DNA from: Candidatus Bipolaricaulota bacterium
GTDB lineage: Bacteria > Bipolaricaulota > Bipolaricaulia > RBG-16-55-9
Assembly (NCBI GenBank): GCA_026982655.1
Contig: JALSGO010000083.1
Coordinates: forward strand, 30 to 64,029
Direction of reading: 5' to 3'
Length of the DNA: 64,000 nucleotides
Numbering within the stretch: the stretch's first letter is position 1; each line of letters begins with the position of its first letter. Below the pieces are notes generated by a model, which ran no database searches, had not been told where the DNA came from, and saw only the letters and a list, made by a program, of their open reading frames with translations. Below, in pieces: positions 27,192 to 36,245 of this stretch. Both the position numbers and the translations under genes were made by a program.

Positions 27192-28762
27192 CGAAGACGC
27201 ACCCCCGGATCGAGTGCAAGGAGCAAGAGAAGCGGCCAAAGCGCCGTAGCTGTCGCCCACGCTTCCCCGTCTACGGGGACATAGGCCCAGGGGAGCCGGG
27301 CGAAGAACTCCACCGCATATGTAAGCCCGGAGAGCCACAACCCTTCGAGCCTCCCCACGAGGGCGGCGACCGGAACCGGGACCGGGAAGAGGGCCAGCAC
27401 CAGGAGGAGCACCCCCAGCCAGAGGGCGACGGCCACCATGGGCACGACCACCCCGTTGGCCACCCAAGCCCCCACGTAGAGTCGCTGGAAGTGATAGGCG
27501 ATCACGGGGGCTACCGCCAGCTGCGCCGCCCCGGAGATCACCACCAGGTAGATGCCCTTCTCCAGGACCCAGAGCAGAAAGCGCTTCGGGAGGGGCAGGG
27601 GGCTTCGTGCCCCGCCTCCGCCCTCGCTCCCGCTCCCGCCCCGGAGCCTGCGGAACCGGCGCTGCAGGCGCGGGTGCGCCCACCCGAGCGCGAGCAGGAT
27701 GCCCGCAGTGGCAGCGAAGCTGAGCTGAAAGCTCACGTCGAAGAGCGCGGCGGGCGTCGTCCCCAAGATCACCAGGGCTGCGAGGCTCAACCCCTGGAGG
27801 GGATCGCTCCAGCGCCGCAGGATGAGGCCGCGCTCGGCCAGCACGGAGCCCAGGGCCACGAAGGCCAGCATCAGCGACGCCCGGACCAAGCTCACCTTGA
27901 AGCCCACCAGCGTCAGGTACAGCAGCGTCAGCGGCAGGAGTACCCCATAGGTGGCCGTAGCGGAGAGCCCCGCAGCCCGAAGGAGCCACCAGCCGAGTCC
28001 CAGCAGGATGCTGAGGTGCAGCCCCGAGACGGCGAGGACGTGCATCACCCCCGCGTCGCGAAAGCTCGCCTCCTGTTCGGGGGAGAGATGGGCCCGCTCC
28101 CCGAAGAGAAGCCCTTTGAGCAGTCCCCCTTCCTGCTCCGGGAGATGACGGTCGATGAGGTCGAAAAGCTCCCTTCGGGCTCGATCGCCCCACCGCAGCA
28201 GGGGGTGACCCCCTTCCCGCTCTAGGACCCGCAGCTGCCGCCCGCTCCAGAAGGTTCCCACGCCCCAGACGCCCCGCGTCTCGAGGTACGCGCGGTAGTC
28301 GAAGTCCTCGAACGTCCAGGGGACCTCGAAGTCGGCCTCCAGCTCGACGACGTCGCCGTACGCGACGGCCTTGGAGGCCCCCCGGGGGTGCCGATAGAAG
28401 ATCTGGAGCTGGCCGGGGAGGCCCTCGGGCCGGAGCCGGAAGCTCGTTCGGTCCGGGCGCTCCGTCGGGTAGCTCACGACCGTCCCGCGGACGCGGGCCA
28501 TCCCCTCCAAGAGGGGGTAGAGCCGCTCCACGGGGAGGCGGGTCTCGACGTACCCGAGCGCTCCTACGGCGGCCACGAGCCCGAGGAGCGCGCCGGACCA
28601 TCCCGGATGCCCCCGCAGGTAGAGGGCGGCCGTAAGCCCCAGGAGCCCGACCGCTGTGGCCCACAGAGCCACCGGCGGGACTACGGGCGAGAGCTCGCGG
28701 CCATAGGCGATCCCCAGCGCTCCGGCCAGCCCAAGGTACAGCAGAGGACACCGACGGGCCAT
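27077..28762 (-). CDS. comEC: DNA internalisation competence protein ComEC/Rec2 (no metallo-beta-lactamase domain seen)
   Basis: DUF4131-like N-terminus, then competence-domain motifs FRDAGVMHVLAVSGLHLS and FQLSFAATAGI. Start set at MARRCPLLYL (ATG 28762). No HxHxDH motif in the C-terminus. Confidence 0.85.
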   Translation of the reverse strand: MARRCPLLYLGLAGALGIAYGRELSPVVPPVALWATAVGLLGLTAALYLRGHPGWSGALLGLVAAVGALGYVETRLPVERLYPLLEGMARVRGTVVSYPTERPDRTSFRLRPEGLPGQLQIFYRHPRGASKAVAYGDVVELEADFEVPWTFEDFDYRAYLETRGVWGVGTFWSGRQLRVLEREGGHPLLRWGDRARRELFDLIDRHLPEQEGGLLKGLLFGERAHLSPEQEASFRDAGVMHVLAVSGLHLSILLGLGWWLLRAAGLSATATYGVLLPLTLLYLTLVGFKVSLVRASLMLAFVALGSVLAERGLILRRWSDPLQGLSLAALVILGTTPAALFDVSFQLSFAATAGILLALGWAHPRLQRRFRRLRGGSGSEGGGGARSPLPLPKRFLLWVLEKGIYLVVISGAAQLAVAPVIAYHFQRLYVGAWVANGVVVPMVAVALWLGVLLLVLALFPVPVPVAALVGRLEGLWLSGLTYAVEFFARLPWAYVPVDGEAWATATALWPLLLLLALDPGVRLRYFAWAISRISAAKASPSLVKRSIARLATLRGRSERRA

Positions 28763-28767
28763 CTCCC

Positions 28768-28797
28768 TTGGCCTCCCGGGGAGGACAACGTTATACT
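28768..28797 (+). promoter_or_regulatory. putative promoter TTGGCC-18-TATACT for the ABC importer operon
   Basis: Hexamers at 28768..28773 and 28792..28797 in the divergent comEC/SBP gap. This would give a leader of about 150 nt. Confidence 0.35.
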
Positions 28798-28810
28798 CGT
28801 TCGTGCCCTG

Positions 28811-28849
28811 TGCTACCTGTACCAGCTGTACTATGTACCATCTGTACCA
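28811..28849. repeat. five TGTACCA-like heptamers forming two tandem 16-bp units
   Basis: TGCTACC TGTACCA gc TGTACTA TGTACCA tc TGTACCA. Units 28818..28833 and 28834..28849 match at 14 of 16 positions. The patch is locally AT-rich. Confidence 0.8.
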
Positions 28850-28903
28850 TCCCGGGCCCGGGCGAGCCAACGCCGGTTCGGTGCTTGCGCATACGGTGCA
28901 GGA

Positions 28904-28940
28904 AGCAAGGAGCAAGCAAGCAAGCAAGCAAACAAGCAAG
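28904..28940. repeat. (AGCA)n tetranucleotide microsatellite
   Basis: (AGCA)5 perfect at 28911..28930, with imperfect flanking units. It ends at the AAGGAGGGA RBS of the SBP gene. Confidence 0.85.
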
Positions 28941-28951
28941 GAGGGAGAACG

Positions 28952-30565
28952 ATGGCTACGACCGCAAGGGATGTCGTCGTCCGGTGGGCACAGCGTGGGG
29001 GCCGTGCCCTGATCGTCGTGGGCCTAGGGGTCCTGGGGTTGCTGGGAGCCCTGGGGTGGGAGAGCGGGACGACGGCCGTTGGACAGGGTGCCTCCGAACT
29101 CGTCATCGGCGTGGCCAAGGACCAATATCGTCTCGAAGGGGACGCGGCCGCCTTGGGGGTTTACCCCTTGAACGCGAACATCACCGAGACGCTGGTGCGT
29201 CTCACCCCGGACTTCCAGATCATCCCCTGGCTAGCCACCTCGTGGGAGTACGTCGGGGAAAACACCTGGCGGTTCTCCCTGCGCCGGGGGGTCAAGTTCC
29301 ACAACGGGGACGAGATGGACGCCGAAGCCGTCAAGTGGTCGCTGGCCAAACAGCAGCGCTTCCAGCCCCTCTTCCCCGCGGGCGAGGAGAACATCCGCGT
29401 GGTGGACAAGTACACGATCGAGATCACGACCCGCTGGGACTTCCGCCGGGTGGTGGAGGCGCTCACCCACCCGAGCTACGCGATCTACTCACCCAAGGGC
29501 GACCCGGGGCGCAACCCCATCGGGACGGGGCCGTTCCGCCTGGTGGAGTACCGCCAGAACGAGGTCCTCGTCGTGGAGCGCTTCGCAGACTACTGGAACG
29601 CGGAGGAGGCCCCGCGGGTGGACCGCCTCGTCTTCCGCTTCGTCCCCGACGGTTCGACGCGTATCCTCGCGCTCCAGGCCGGCCAAGTCGACCTGATCGT
29701 GCCGGTCCCGCGCGAGAACGCCGCCGCGCTGGCTCAGCAGCCGGGCATCACCGTCTATCAAGCCCCTGCGAACGCTTACTACGCGCTCTACTTCGCCACC
29801 AAGGACCAAGTCCCACCCTATGATACCCTCACCGACCCTCGGGTGCGCAAGGCCGTCAACTACGCGATCGACCGGGAGACGATCGTCGAGCAGATCTACT
29901 CGGGCTTCGCCGAGGTGGCCAAGACCCTCACGCCGCCCGCCGTGCTCCCCGAAGTCGACGCCGGGGTAGAGGGCTTCTCGTTCTCCCCGGAGCGCGTGGC
30001 CGAGCTGCTCACGGAGGCGGGCTACACCCGCGGAGCCGACGGCTTCTGGGAGAAGGACGGCGAGCCGCTCGCCCTGACGCTGGTGTCGGGCTTCCCGCCC
30101 GCCAGCATCATCAAGCCCCTGCCGGAGGTCCTCCAGGCGATGCTCGAGGACCAGGGCATCCGGGTGCGCCTCGTCGAGTTCGACGACATCGGGGCCTACT
30201 ACGACTACGTCGACACCGGGGAGCTCCACATGGTCATCGAATCGGGCAGCTGGAACATGCCCGACCCCTCGTTCATCCCCTTCGGGCTCTTCTGCTCCTG
30301 CAACACCGAGGGGGAGGCCATCCTCTACCAGCGCTTCTGGATCAACGAGGCGTTCGAGCAAGAGGTCATGCGCATGGTCTCCGCCGAGGACCGGGCCGAG
30401 GTCGTAGAGGCCGCCGTCCGGGCCGCCCAGATCCTGGTCGACGAGTTCACGGGGGTGGGCCCGATCGCCTACATCCCGAACCTGATCGCCGCCCGCGATG
30501 AGGTCCAGGGGGTGGTCGTCCACCCGGCGGCCGTCCACCAGCGCTGGACGGGGATGGGCAAGTAA
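28952..30565 (+). CDS. ABC transporter substrate-binding protein, family 5 (peptide/nickel type)
   Basis: N-terminal anchor and SBP_bac_5-like segments (WRFSLRRGVKFHNGDEMDAEAV, GTGPFRLVEY). Start at ATG 28952 with AAGGAGGGA. Confidence 0.88.
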   Translation: MATTARDVVVRWAQRGGRALIVVGLGVLGLLGALGWESGTTAVGQGASELVIGVAKDQYRLEGDAAALGVYPLNANITETLVRLTPDFQIIPWLATSWEYVGENTWRFSLRRGVKFHNGDEMDAEAVKWSLAKQQRFQPLFPAGEENIRVVDKYTIEITTRWDFRRVVEALTHPSYAIYSPKGDPGRNPIGTGPFRLVEYRQNEVLVVERFADYWNAEEAPRVDRLVFRFVPDGSTRILALQAGQVDLIVPVPRENAAALAQQPGITVYQAPANAYYALYFATKDQVPPYDTLTDPRVRKAVNYAIDRETIVEQIYSGFAEVAKTLTPPAVLPEVDAGVEGFSFSPERVAELLTEAGYTRGADGFWEKDGEPLALTLVSGFPPASIIKPLPEVLQAMLEDQGIRVRLVEFDDIGAYYDYVDTGELHMVIESGSWNMPDPSFIPFGLFCSCNTEGEAILYQRFWINEAFEQEVMRMVSAEDRAEVVEAAVRAAQILVDEFTGVGPIAYIPNLIAARDEVQGVVVHPAAVHQRWTGMGK

Positions 30566-30651
30566 CCCGGGCGGCAAACGCAAAGCGCGCAAGGCTTGCG
30601 TGAGGCTCCGGGGGACGAGGGACAGTCCGGAGGGGCAGGAGGGCGAACGGC

Positions 30652-31584
30652 GTGTTGCGCTATCTCGCCTCGCGTCTGGTGCAGCTGGGGGTCGTCTTGT
30701 TCGCCATCACGGTACTGAGCTTCGCCCTCCTGCACCTGGCCCCCGGCGACCCGGCCCAGATCCTCCTACGCAACCAGGGGGCGCTGCTCACCCAGACGAC
30801 CGTCGAGAAGATGCGGGCGGAGCTGGGGCTGGATCAGCCCCTTCCCGTGCAGTATTGGAGGTGGTTGAGGGGCGCCGTGCGCTTGGATTTCGGGGTCTCT
30901 TTCCGGACGGGGCAACCCGTCGCCGAGCTGCTCCTCGGGCGCTTGGGGGCGACGGTGGAGCTGGCCGCGGCGGCGTTGGTCCTGGCCCTGCTGTGGTCGG
31001 TGCCCTTGGGCATCCTCGCCGCCGTCTATCGGGACACCCTCCTCGACCACGCGAGCCGTCTGCTCGCGCTGGTAGGGGCGTCCATGCCCAGCTTTTGGCT
31101 TGGACTTCTGCTCATCTACGCCTTCGCCGTCCAATTGGGTTGGTTTCCCGTCCTGGGCCGGGGGTCGCTGGCCCACCTGGTGCTCCCTGCGATCACCCTT
31201 GCGTTGAGCTTGGCCCCCGTCTACATGCGCCTGATCCGGGCGAACCTCTGCGATGCGCTGCGGGAAGACTACATCCGGACCGCGCGGGCCAAAGGGGCCT
31301 CCGAGCGGCGGGTGATCCTGCGCCACGGGCTGCGGACGGCCCTCATCCCCGTGGTCACCCTCTTCGGGATGACGCTGGCCCACTTGTTGGGCGGCACCGT
31401 CGTGGTCGAGACGATCTTCGCTTGGCCGGGGATTGGCCAGCTCGCCGTCGAGGCGATCCTGAACCGAGACTTTCCCGTTGTCCAGGCCTTTGTGCTGCTC
31501 CTGTCCCTCGCCTTCGCGCTGGCCAACCTGGCCGTCGACCTCTTCTACGTCTTGCTGGACCCGCGGATCCGAGTGGAGGGATAG
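30652..31584 (+). CDS. ABC transporter permease (DppB/NikB-like)
   Basis: MLRYLASRLVQ N-terminus and EAA-loop region DYIRTARAKGASERRVILRHGLRTA. Confidence 0.9.
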   Translation: MLRYLASRLVQLGVVLFAITVLSFALLHLAPGDPAQILLRNQGALLTQTTVEKMRAELGLDQPLPVQYWRWLRGAVRLDFGVSFRTGQPVAELLLGRLGATVELAAAALVLALLWSVPLGILAAVYRDTLLDHASRLLALVGASMPSFWLGLLLIYAFAVQLGWFPVLGRGSLAHLVLPAITLALSLAPVYMRLIRANLCDALREDYIRTARAKGASERRVILRHGLRTALIPVVTLFGMTLAHLLGGTVVVETIFAWPGIGQLAVEAILNRDFPVVQAFVLLLSLAFALANLAVDLFYVLLDPRIRVEG

Positions 31585-31587
31585 GGC

Positions 31588-32415
31588 GTGTGGAGACGGC
31601 TTCGGAGGGATCGGCTGGCCTGGGTGGGGCTCCTCCTCCTTGGGGGCATCGGCGCCGCGGCCCTGTTCGCCCCGTGGCTGACGGACCGGGATCCCCTCGA
31701 GACCGACTTCCTCCGGCGCTTCGAGCCGCCGAGCCGGGAGCACCCCTTGGGCACCGACCAGCTGGGGAGGGATCTGCTCGCCCGCTTGCTCTACGGCGCC
31801 CGCTACACCCTGGGGGCGGGCTTGGCGGCCTTGGTCCTCATCCTTACGGTGGGCACGGCGGTCGGCTTGGGGGCCGGACTCGTGGGAGGGCGCGTGGACG
31901 CCTTTCTGATGCGGATTGTGGACGTCCTGCTCGCCTTCCCCGGACTGATCTTGGCGTTGGCGATCGTCGGAATGCTGGGGCCCAGCTTGGGCAACGTGCT
32001 GATCGGAATCGCGGCCGTAAGCTGGGCTTCGTACGCTCGGGTGGTGCGGGGGTTGGTGCTCAGCCTGCGGGAACGGGAGTTCGTCGAAGCCGCCCGCGCC
32101 TTGGGCGCCCCTCGCCTCTGGGTGGCGCGACGGCACATCCTGCCCCATGTGCTCCCGACGGTCGTGGTGCTGGCCAGCCTCGATCTGGGCAACCTGCTGT
32201 TGGCCATCTCGGCGCTCTCCTTCCTCGGCGTCGGCGCGCAGGCTCCCACCCCGGAGTGGGGACGCATGCTCAACGACGCGCGGGCCTTCCTCTGGCAGGC
32301 TCCCCACCTGATGCTCTTTCCCGGGTTGGCCCTCTTCTTGGTGGTGCTCGCCTGTAACTTCTTGGGGGACGGGCTGCGCGATCTGCTCGATCCGCACCTT
32401 CGACAAGGGAGCTGA
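31588..32415 (+). CDS. ABC transporter permease (DppC/NikC-like)
   Basis: Typical DppC pattern: PLGTDQLGRDLLARLLYGAR and EFVEAARALGAPR. Confidence 0.9.
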   Translation: MWRRLRRDRLAWVGLLLLGGIGAAALFAPWLTDRDPLETDFLRRFEPPSREHPLGTDQLGRDLLARLLYGARYTLGAGLAALVLILTVGTAVGLGAGLVGGRVDAFLMRIVDVLLAFPGLILALAIVGMLGPSLGNVLIGIAAVSWASYARVVRGLVLSLREREFVEAARALGAPRLWVARRHILPHVLPTVVVLASLDLGNLLLAISALSFLGVGAQAPTPEWGRMLNDARAFLWQAPHLMLFPGLALFLVVLACNFLGDGLRDLLDPHLRQGS

Positions 32416-32439
32416 CGGATGCCGGATCCGTTCCCGCCC

Positions 32440-32468
32440 TTGACAACCCGGGTCGGTCGTGGTATCGT
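32440..32468 (+). promoter_or_regulatory. promoter TTGACA-17-(TGg)TATCGT heading the Rieske-copA-csoR string
   Basis: Consensus -35 at 32440..32445 and a -10 at 32463..32468 preceded by TGG (extended -10). Confidence 0.6.
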
Positions 32469-32480
32469 AGGATCGCCTTT

Positions 32481-32500
32481 CCCACCCCACCGGGGGTGGG
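32481..32500. promoter_or_regulatory. CsoR-type operator 1: CCCACCCC-ACCG-GGGGTGGG
   Basis: Perfect 8-N4-8 palindrome 13 nt downstream of the -10 box. It is one of four copies in the window, and csoR lies in the operon. Confidence 0.7.
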
Positions 32501-32530
32501 AAGAGCCCGAGGAAAGGGGAGGGATCTCTC

Positions 32531-33181
32531 GTGAAAGCGCGGAAGAAACGGCCCGAGGAGGAGCGGTGGGAACTCTCGCCGGAGGCGCGTCGACTGAGCC
32601 GGCGGAAGTTCCTGGCTCGCTTGGGCCTGGGCTCGCTGGTCCTCACGGCGGGAGGAGCGGTCAGCAGCATCGGCGCCTACATCCTGCCGAAGGTGAACTT
32701 TGAGCCCTCTCAAGCGTTTACCGCCGGGCGACCGGAGGACTACAACGTCGGGGACGTGCGGCTGATCGAATCCCAGGCCGTGTTCATCTTCCGCACGCCC
32801 TATGGCTTTCAGGCCGTCTCGGACATCTGCACCCACCTGGGGTGCGCCTATCAGCCGTACGGCCCGCCGGACGACGAGTACCCCCAGGTCCATGCCCATT
32901 GCCCCTGTCACGGGTCGGTCTTCGCGCGGGACGGGCGGGTGTTGCGGGCTCCCGCTCCTCGGCCCGTGCCCTTCTACTACATGACGATCAACCCATCGGG
33001 CTTGCTGGTGGTGGACAAGGGGGTCTACGATCCCACGGACGAGCTGAGCCGCCAGAGCGGCGAGGGGGTAGGGCACAACCTCTATCTCGACCCCGAGACG
33101 GGGCAGATGGTAGAGGGTCCGCTGCCCACCGGCGAGGACCTCCGGTTCGGAGCGATCCGAACCGAGCCCTCTCGAGGCTGA
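32531..33181 (+). CDS. Rieske [2Fe-2S] protein with Tat signal
   Basis: SRRKFLARLG twin-arginine motif, TM anchor, and the CTHLGC...CPCHGS cluster boxes. Confidence 0.88.
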   Translation: MKARKKRPEEERWELSPEARRLSRRKFLARLGLGSLVLTAGGAVSSIGAYILPKVNFEPSQAFTAGRPEDYNVGDVRLIESQAVFIFRTPYGFQAVSDICTHLGCAYQPYGPPDDEYPQVHAHCPCHGSVFARDGRVLRAPAPRPVPFYYMTINPSGLLVVDKGVYDPTDELSRQSGEGVGHNLYLDPETGQMVEGPLPTGEDLRFGAIRTEPSRG

Positions 33182-33268
33182 AGCCCGCGGGTGCGGAACG
33201 GGCGTGGAATAGAGAGAACAAAGAAGGAAGGCAAAGAAAGAATCTCCCAACGATGGAGGTGCTGTTCG

Positions 33269-35848
33269 GTGCAGAGATCGCAGGCACAGGCGAGGACGGC
33301 GACGGAGAAACGGGAGCAAAGCTCCGCGGACACGCGTCTGGAGCTCCCCATCCGCGGGATGACGTGCGCTTCGTGCGTGGCCCGGGTCGAGCGGGCGCTC
33401 CAAGGCGCGCCCGGCGTCCGGGAGGCCCAGGTGAACTTCGCCGCGGAGCGCGCGTCCGTGGTGCTCAACCCGGAGGCGGGCTCCCCGGAAGCGCTGGTGG
33501 AGGCCGTCCGCGAGGCCGGCTATGAGGTCCCCACCGAGGCGCTCACCCTGCGGGTAAAGGGGATGACGTGCGCTTCGTGCGTGGCCCGGGTCGAGCGGGC
33601 GCTTCGCGAGGTCCCGGGAACCTTGAAGGCCGCGGTCAACTTCGCCGCGGAGACGGCCCAGATCGAGTACCTCCCCGGGGTGGCCTCGCCGCAGGACTAC
33701 CTCCAGGCCGTCCGGGACGCGGGCTACGAGGCCCAGCTCGCCGAGGAGGAGCGGGGCGAGGACGCGCTGGAGCGCCAGAGGCGGGAACACGAGGCCCATC
33801 TCAAGAAGCTCCGCCTTAAGATCGCCGTCGGTGCGATCATCAGCGTCCCCGTCTTCTTCGGCAGCTACCCCAAGCTCTTCCCCTGGGTGCCGGAGATCCT
33901 GCAGAACTTCTACGTGCTCTGGGCGCTGACCACCCCGGTGCAGTTCTGGGTCGGCTGGCAGTTCTACAAGGGGACCTGGGCGGCCTTAAAGCACAAGTCC
34001 GCGGACATGAACACGCTGATCGCCGTCGGCACCTCCGCGGCCTACCTCTACAGCGTGCTCCTCATCTTGTTCCCCCGGTTCTTCGAGGCCCAGGGGATCG
34101 CCCGGGAAGTGTACTTTGACACCTCGACGATCATCATCACCCTCATCCTGGTGGGGCGGTATCTCGAGGCCGTGGCCAAGGGACGCACCTCGGAGGCCAT
34201 CCGCAAGCTCATGGGGCTCCAAGCCAAGACGGCCCGCGTGGTCCGCGACGGGCGCGAGATCGAGATCCCCGTCGAGGAGGTCCAGGTCGGCGACATCGTG
34301 GTGGTGCGCCCCGGCGAGAAGGTGCCTGTAGACGGCGTGGTGATCGAGGGCTCCTCCGCGGTGGACGAGTCGATGGTCACGGGCGAGTCGATCCCCGTGG
34401 AGAAGGGCCCCGGCGACGAGGTGATCGGGGCGACGATCAACAAGACGGGGACCTTTACCTTCAAGGCGACCCGAGTGGGCAAGGACACCTTCCTGAGCCA
34501 GATCATCAAGCTGGTCGAGGAGGCCCAGGGCTCGAAGGCCCCCATCCAGCGCCTGGTCGACAAGGTGACGGGCGTCTTCGTCCCGGCGGTGATGCTCATC
34601 GCCTTGGGGACGTTCGTCGTGTGGTACTTCTTCGGGCCGCACCCCGCTTTGACCTATGCGCTGCTCAACGCCGTGTCGGTGCTGATCATTGCCTGCCCCT
34701 GCGCGCTGGGGCTGGCCACTCCGACGTCCATCATGGTGGGGATGGGCAAGGGGGCCGAGCACGGCATCTTGATTCGCAGCAGCGAGGCGCTCGAGCGGGC
34801 GGGCAAGATACAGACCATCGTCTTCGACAAGACGGGGACGCTCACCCGCGGAGAGCCCCAACTGACGGACATCCTCCCCGCGGAGGGCTTCACGGAGGCC
34901 GAGGTGCTCCGACTGGCGGCGGCCGCGGAGCGGCGGAGCGAGCACCCCCTGGGGGAGGCGATCGTCCGAGGCGCCGAGGAGCGGGGGTTGGACTTGGCCG
35001 AGCCGGAGGGCTTCCAGGCGATCCCGGGCCACGGCATCGAGGCCACGGTCGAGGGGCACCGGGTGCTGTTGGGCAACCGGCGGCTCATGGAACGGGAGGG
35101 CGTCGACGTGCGCGCCTTGCAGGCCCAACTGGAGCGACTGGCCGACGAGGGCAAGACCCCCATGATCGTGGCCGTCGACGGCCGGGCAGCCGGGGTGCTG
35201 GCCGTGGCCGACACCCTCAAGGAGGGCTCCCGAGAGGCGATCGAGGCGCTGCACCGGTTGGGCATCGAGGTGGCGATGATCACGGGCGACAACCGGCGCA
35301 CCGCCGAGGCGATCGCCCGCCAGGTGGGGATCGATCGGGTGCTGGCCGAGGTGCTCCCCCAGGACAAGGCCAAGGAGGTCAAGCGCCTCCAGCAGGAGGG
35401 CCGGGTGGTGGCCATGGTGGGCGACGGGATCAACGACGCGCCCGCGCTGGCCCAGGCCGACGTGGGGATCGCCCTGGGGACGGGGACGGACATCGCCATC
35501 GAGACGGCCGAGGTCATCCTGATCTCGGGCGACGTGCGCGGGGTGGTGACCGCCATCGCCCTCTCCCGGGCCACGATCCGCAACATCAAGCAGAACCTCT
35601 TCTGGGCCTTCTTCTACAACACGGCGCTCATCCCTGTGGCCGCCGGGGTGCTCTACCCGTTCACGGGCCTGTTGCTCAACCCCATCCTCGCCGCGGCGGC
35701 GATGGCCACCAGCTCCGTCTCCGTGGTGACGAACGCCCTGAGGCTGCGGCGGTTCCGCCCCCCGGTCGTCCAGGGACCGCCCGGCCCCTCGCGCGGGGAG
35801 CCGCGCCCCGACTCCGTCCCGGTCCCGGCGGCCGGAGCGGGCCGCTAG
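33269..35848 (+). CDS. copA: copper-translocating P1B-type ATPase with two N-terminal HMA domains
   Basis: Two [15 protein letters not shown] motifs, CPC ([12 protein letters not shown]), DKTGTLT and GDGINDAP. Start placed at GTG 33269 (GGAGG 9 nt upstream). The longest ORF begins at GTG 33191 without an RBS. Confidence 0.93.
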   Translation: MQRSQAQARTATEKREQSSADTRLELPIRGMTCASCVARVERALQGAPGVREAQVNFAAERASVVLNPEAGSPEALVEAVREAGYEVPTEALTLRVKGMTCASCVARVERALREVPGTLKAAVNFAAETAQIEYLPGVASPQDYLQAVRDAGYEAQLAEEERGEDALERQRREHEAHLKKLRLKIAVGAIISVPVFFGSYPKLFPWVPEILQNFYVLWALTTPVQFWVGWQFYKGTWAALKHKSADMNTLIAVGTSAAYLYSVLLILFPRFFEAQGIAREVYFDTSTIIITLILVGRYLEAVAKGRTSEAIRKLMGLQAKTARVVRDGREIEIPVEEVQVGDIVVVRPGEKVPVDGVVIEGSSAVDESMVTGESIPVEKGPGDEVIGATINKTGTFTFKATRVGKDTFLSQIIKLVEEAQGSKAPIQRLVDKVTGVFVPAVMLIALGTFVVWYFFGPHPALTYALLNAVSVLIIACPCALGLATPTSIMVGMGKGAEHGILIRSSEALERAGKIQTIVFDKTGTLTRGEPQLTDILPAEGFTEAEVLRLAAAAERRSEHPLGEAIVRGAEERGLDLAEPEGFQAIPGHGIEATVEGHRVLLGNRRLMEREGVDVRALQAQLERLADEGKTPMIVAVDGRAAGVLAVADTLKEGSREAIEALHRLGIEVAMITGDNRRTAEAIARQVGIDRVLAEVLPQDKAKEVKRLQQEGRVVAMVGDGINDAPALAQADVGIALGTGTDIAIETAEVILISGDVRGVVTAIALSRATIRNIKQNLFWAFFYNTALIPVAAGVLYPFTGLLLNPILAAAAMATSSVSVVTNALRLRRFRPPVVQGPPGPSRGEPRPDSVPVPAAGAGR

Positions 35849-35923
35849 AGGGCAGAGCGGACGACCGTCGATCGCCCTTGCCCTCGCAACCACAACGAAG
35901 AAGAGAAGAGAGGAGAGGAGAGG

Positions 35924-36238
35924 ATGACCGAAGAACTACTGGTGTTGTTACAGCAGGGGAGCCTGGCGGCCCACCCGGAGGCGAAGCGCCACGCCCAGCG
36001 GCTCGTCCGCACCGTCATCGGCCACACCCAGGGCATCGAGCGGATGATCGAGGAAGAGCGATACTGCATCGACATCTTAAAGCAGATCGCCGCGGTGCAG
36101 GGGCTGCTGACCAAGCTGGCCCACACCGTAAGCGAAGCCCACATGAAACACTGCGTGCGACTGGCCATCGAGGAGGGCCACGGCGAGGAGGCCGTTGAAG
36201 AACTGATGGAGACGCTGAAATACCTGCGGAGCGTATAG
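35924..36238 (+). CDS. csoR: CsoR-family copper-sensing transcriptional repressor
   Basis: 104 aa DUF156 pattern: RLVRTVIGHTQGIERMIEEERYCIDILKQIAAVQGLL...HMKHC, containing the C-H-C Cu(I) ligand set. Confidence 0.88.
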   Translation: MTEELLVLLQQGSLAAHPEAKRHAQRLVRTVIGHTQGIERMIEEERYCIDILKQIAAVQGLLTKLAHTVSEAHMKHCVRLAIEEGHGEEAVEELMETLKYLRSV

Positions 36239-36245
36239 TTCCCCC

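Noticed and set aside
28904-28940. (AGCA)n, and the (GAGCAC)n at 63941..64000, considered as a possible CRISPR array or other spaced-repeat system.
   Set aside because: They are simple perfect microsatellites without spacers. No cas genes are present in the window.
33191-33268. GTG 33191 as the copA1 start (the longest ORF).
   Set aside because: There is no RBS, and the extra 26 residues are Arg/Lys/Cys-rich junk. GTG 33269 has GGAGG 9 nt upstream. This is not fully excluded.
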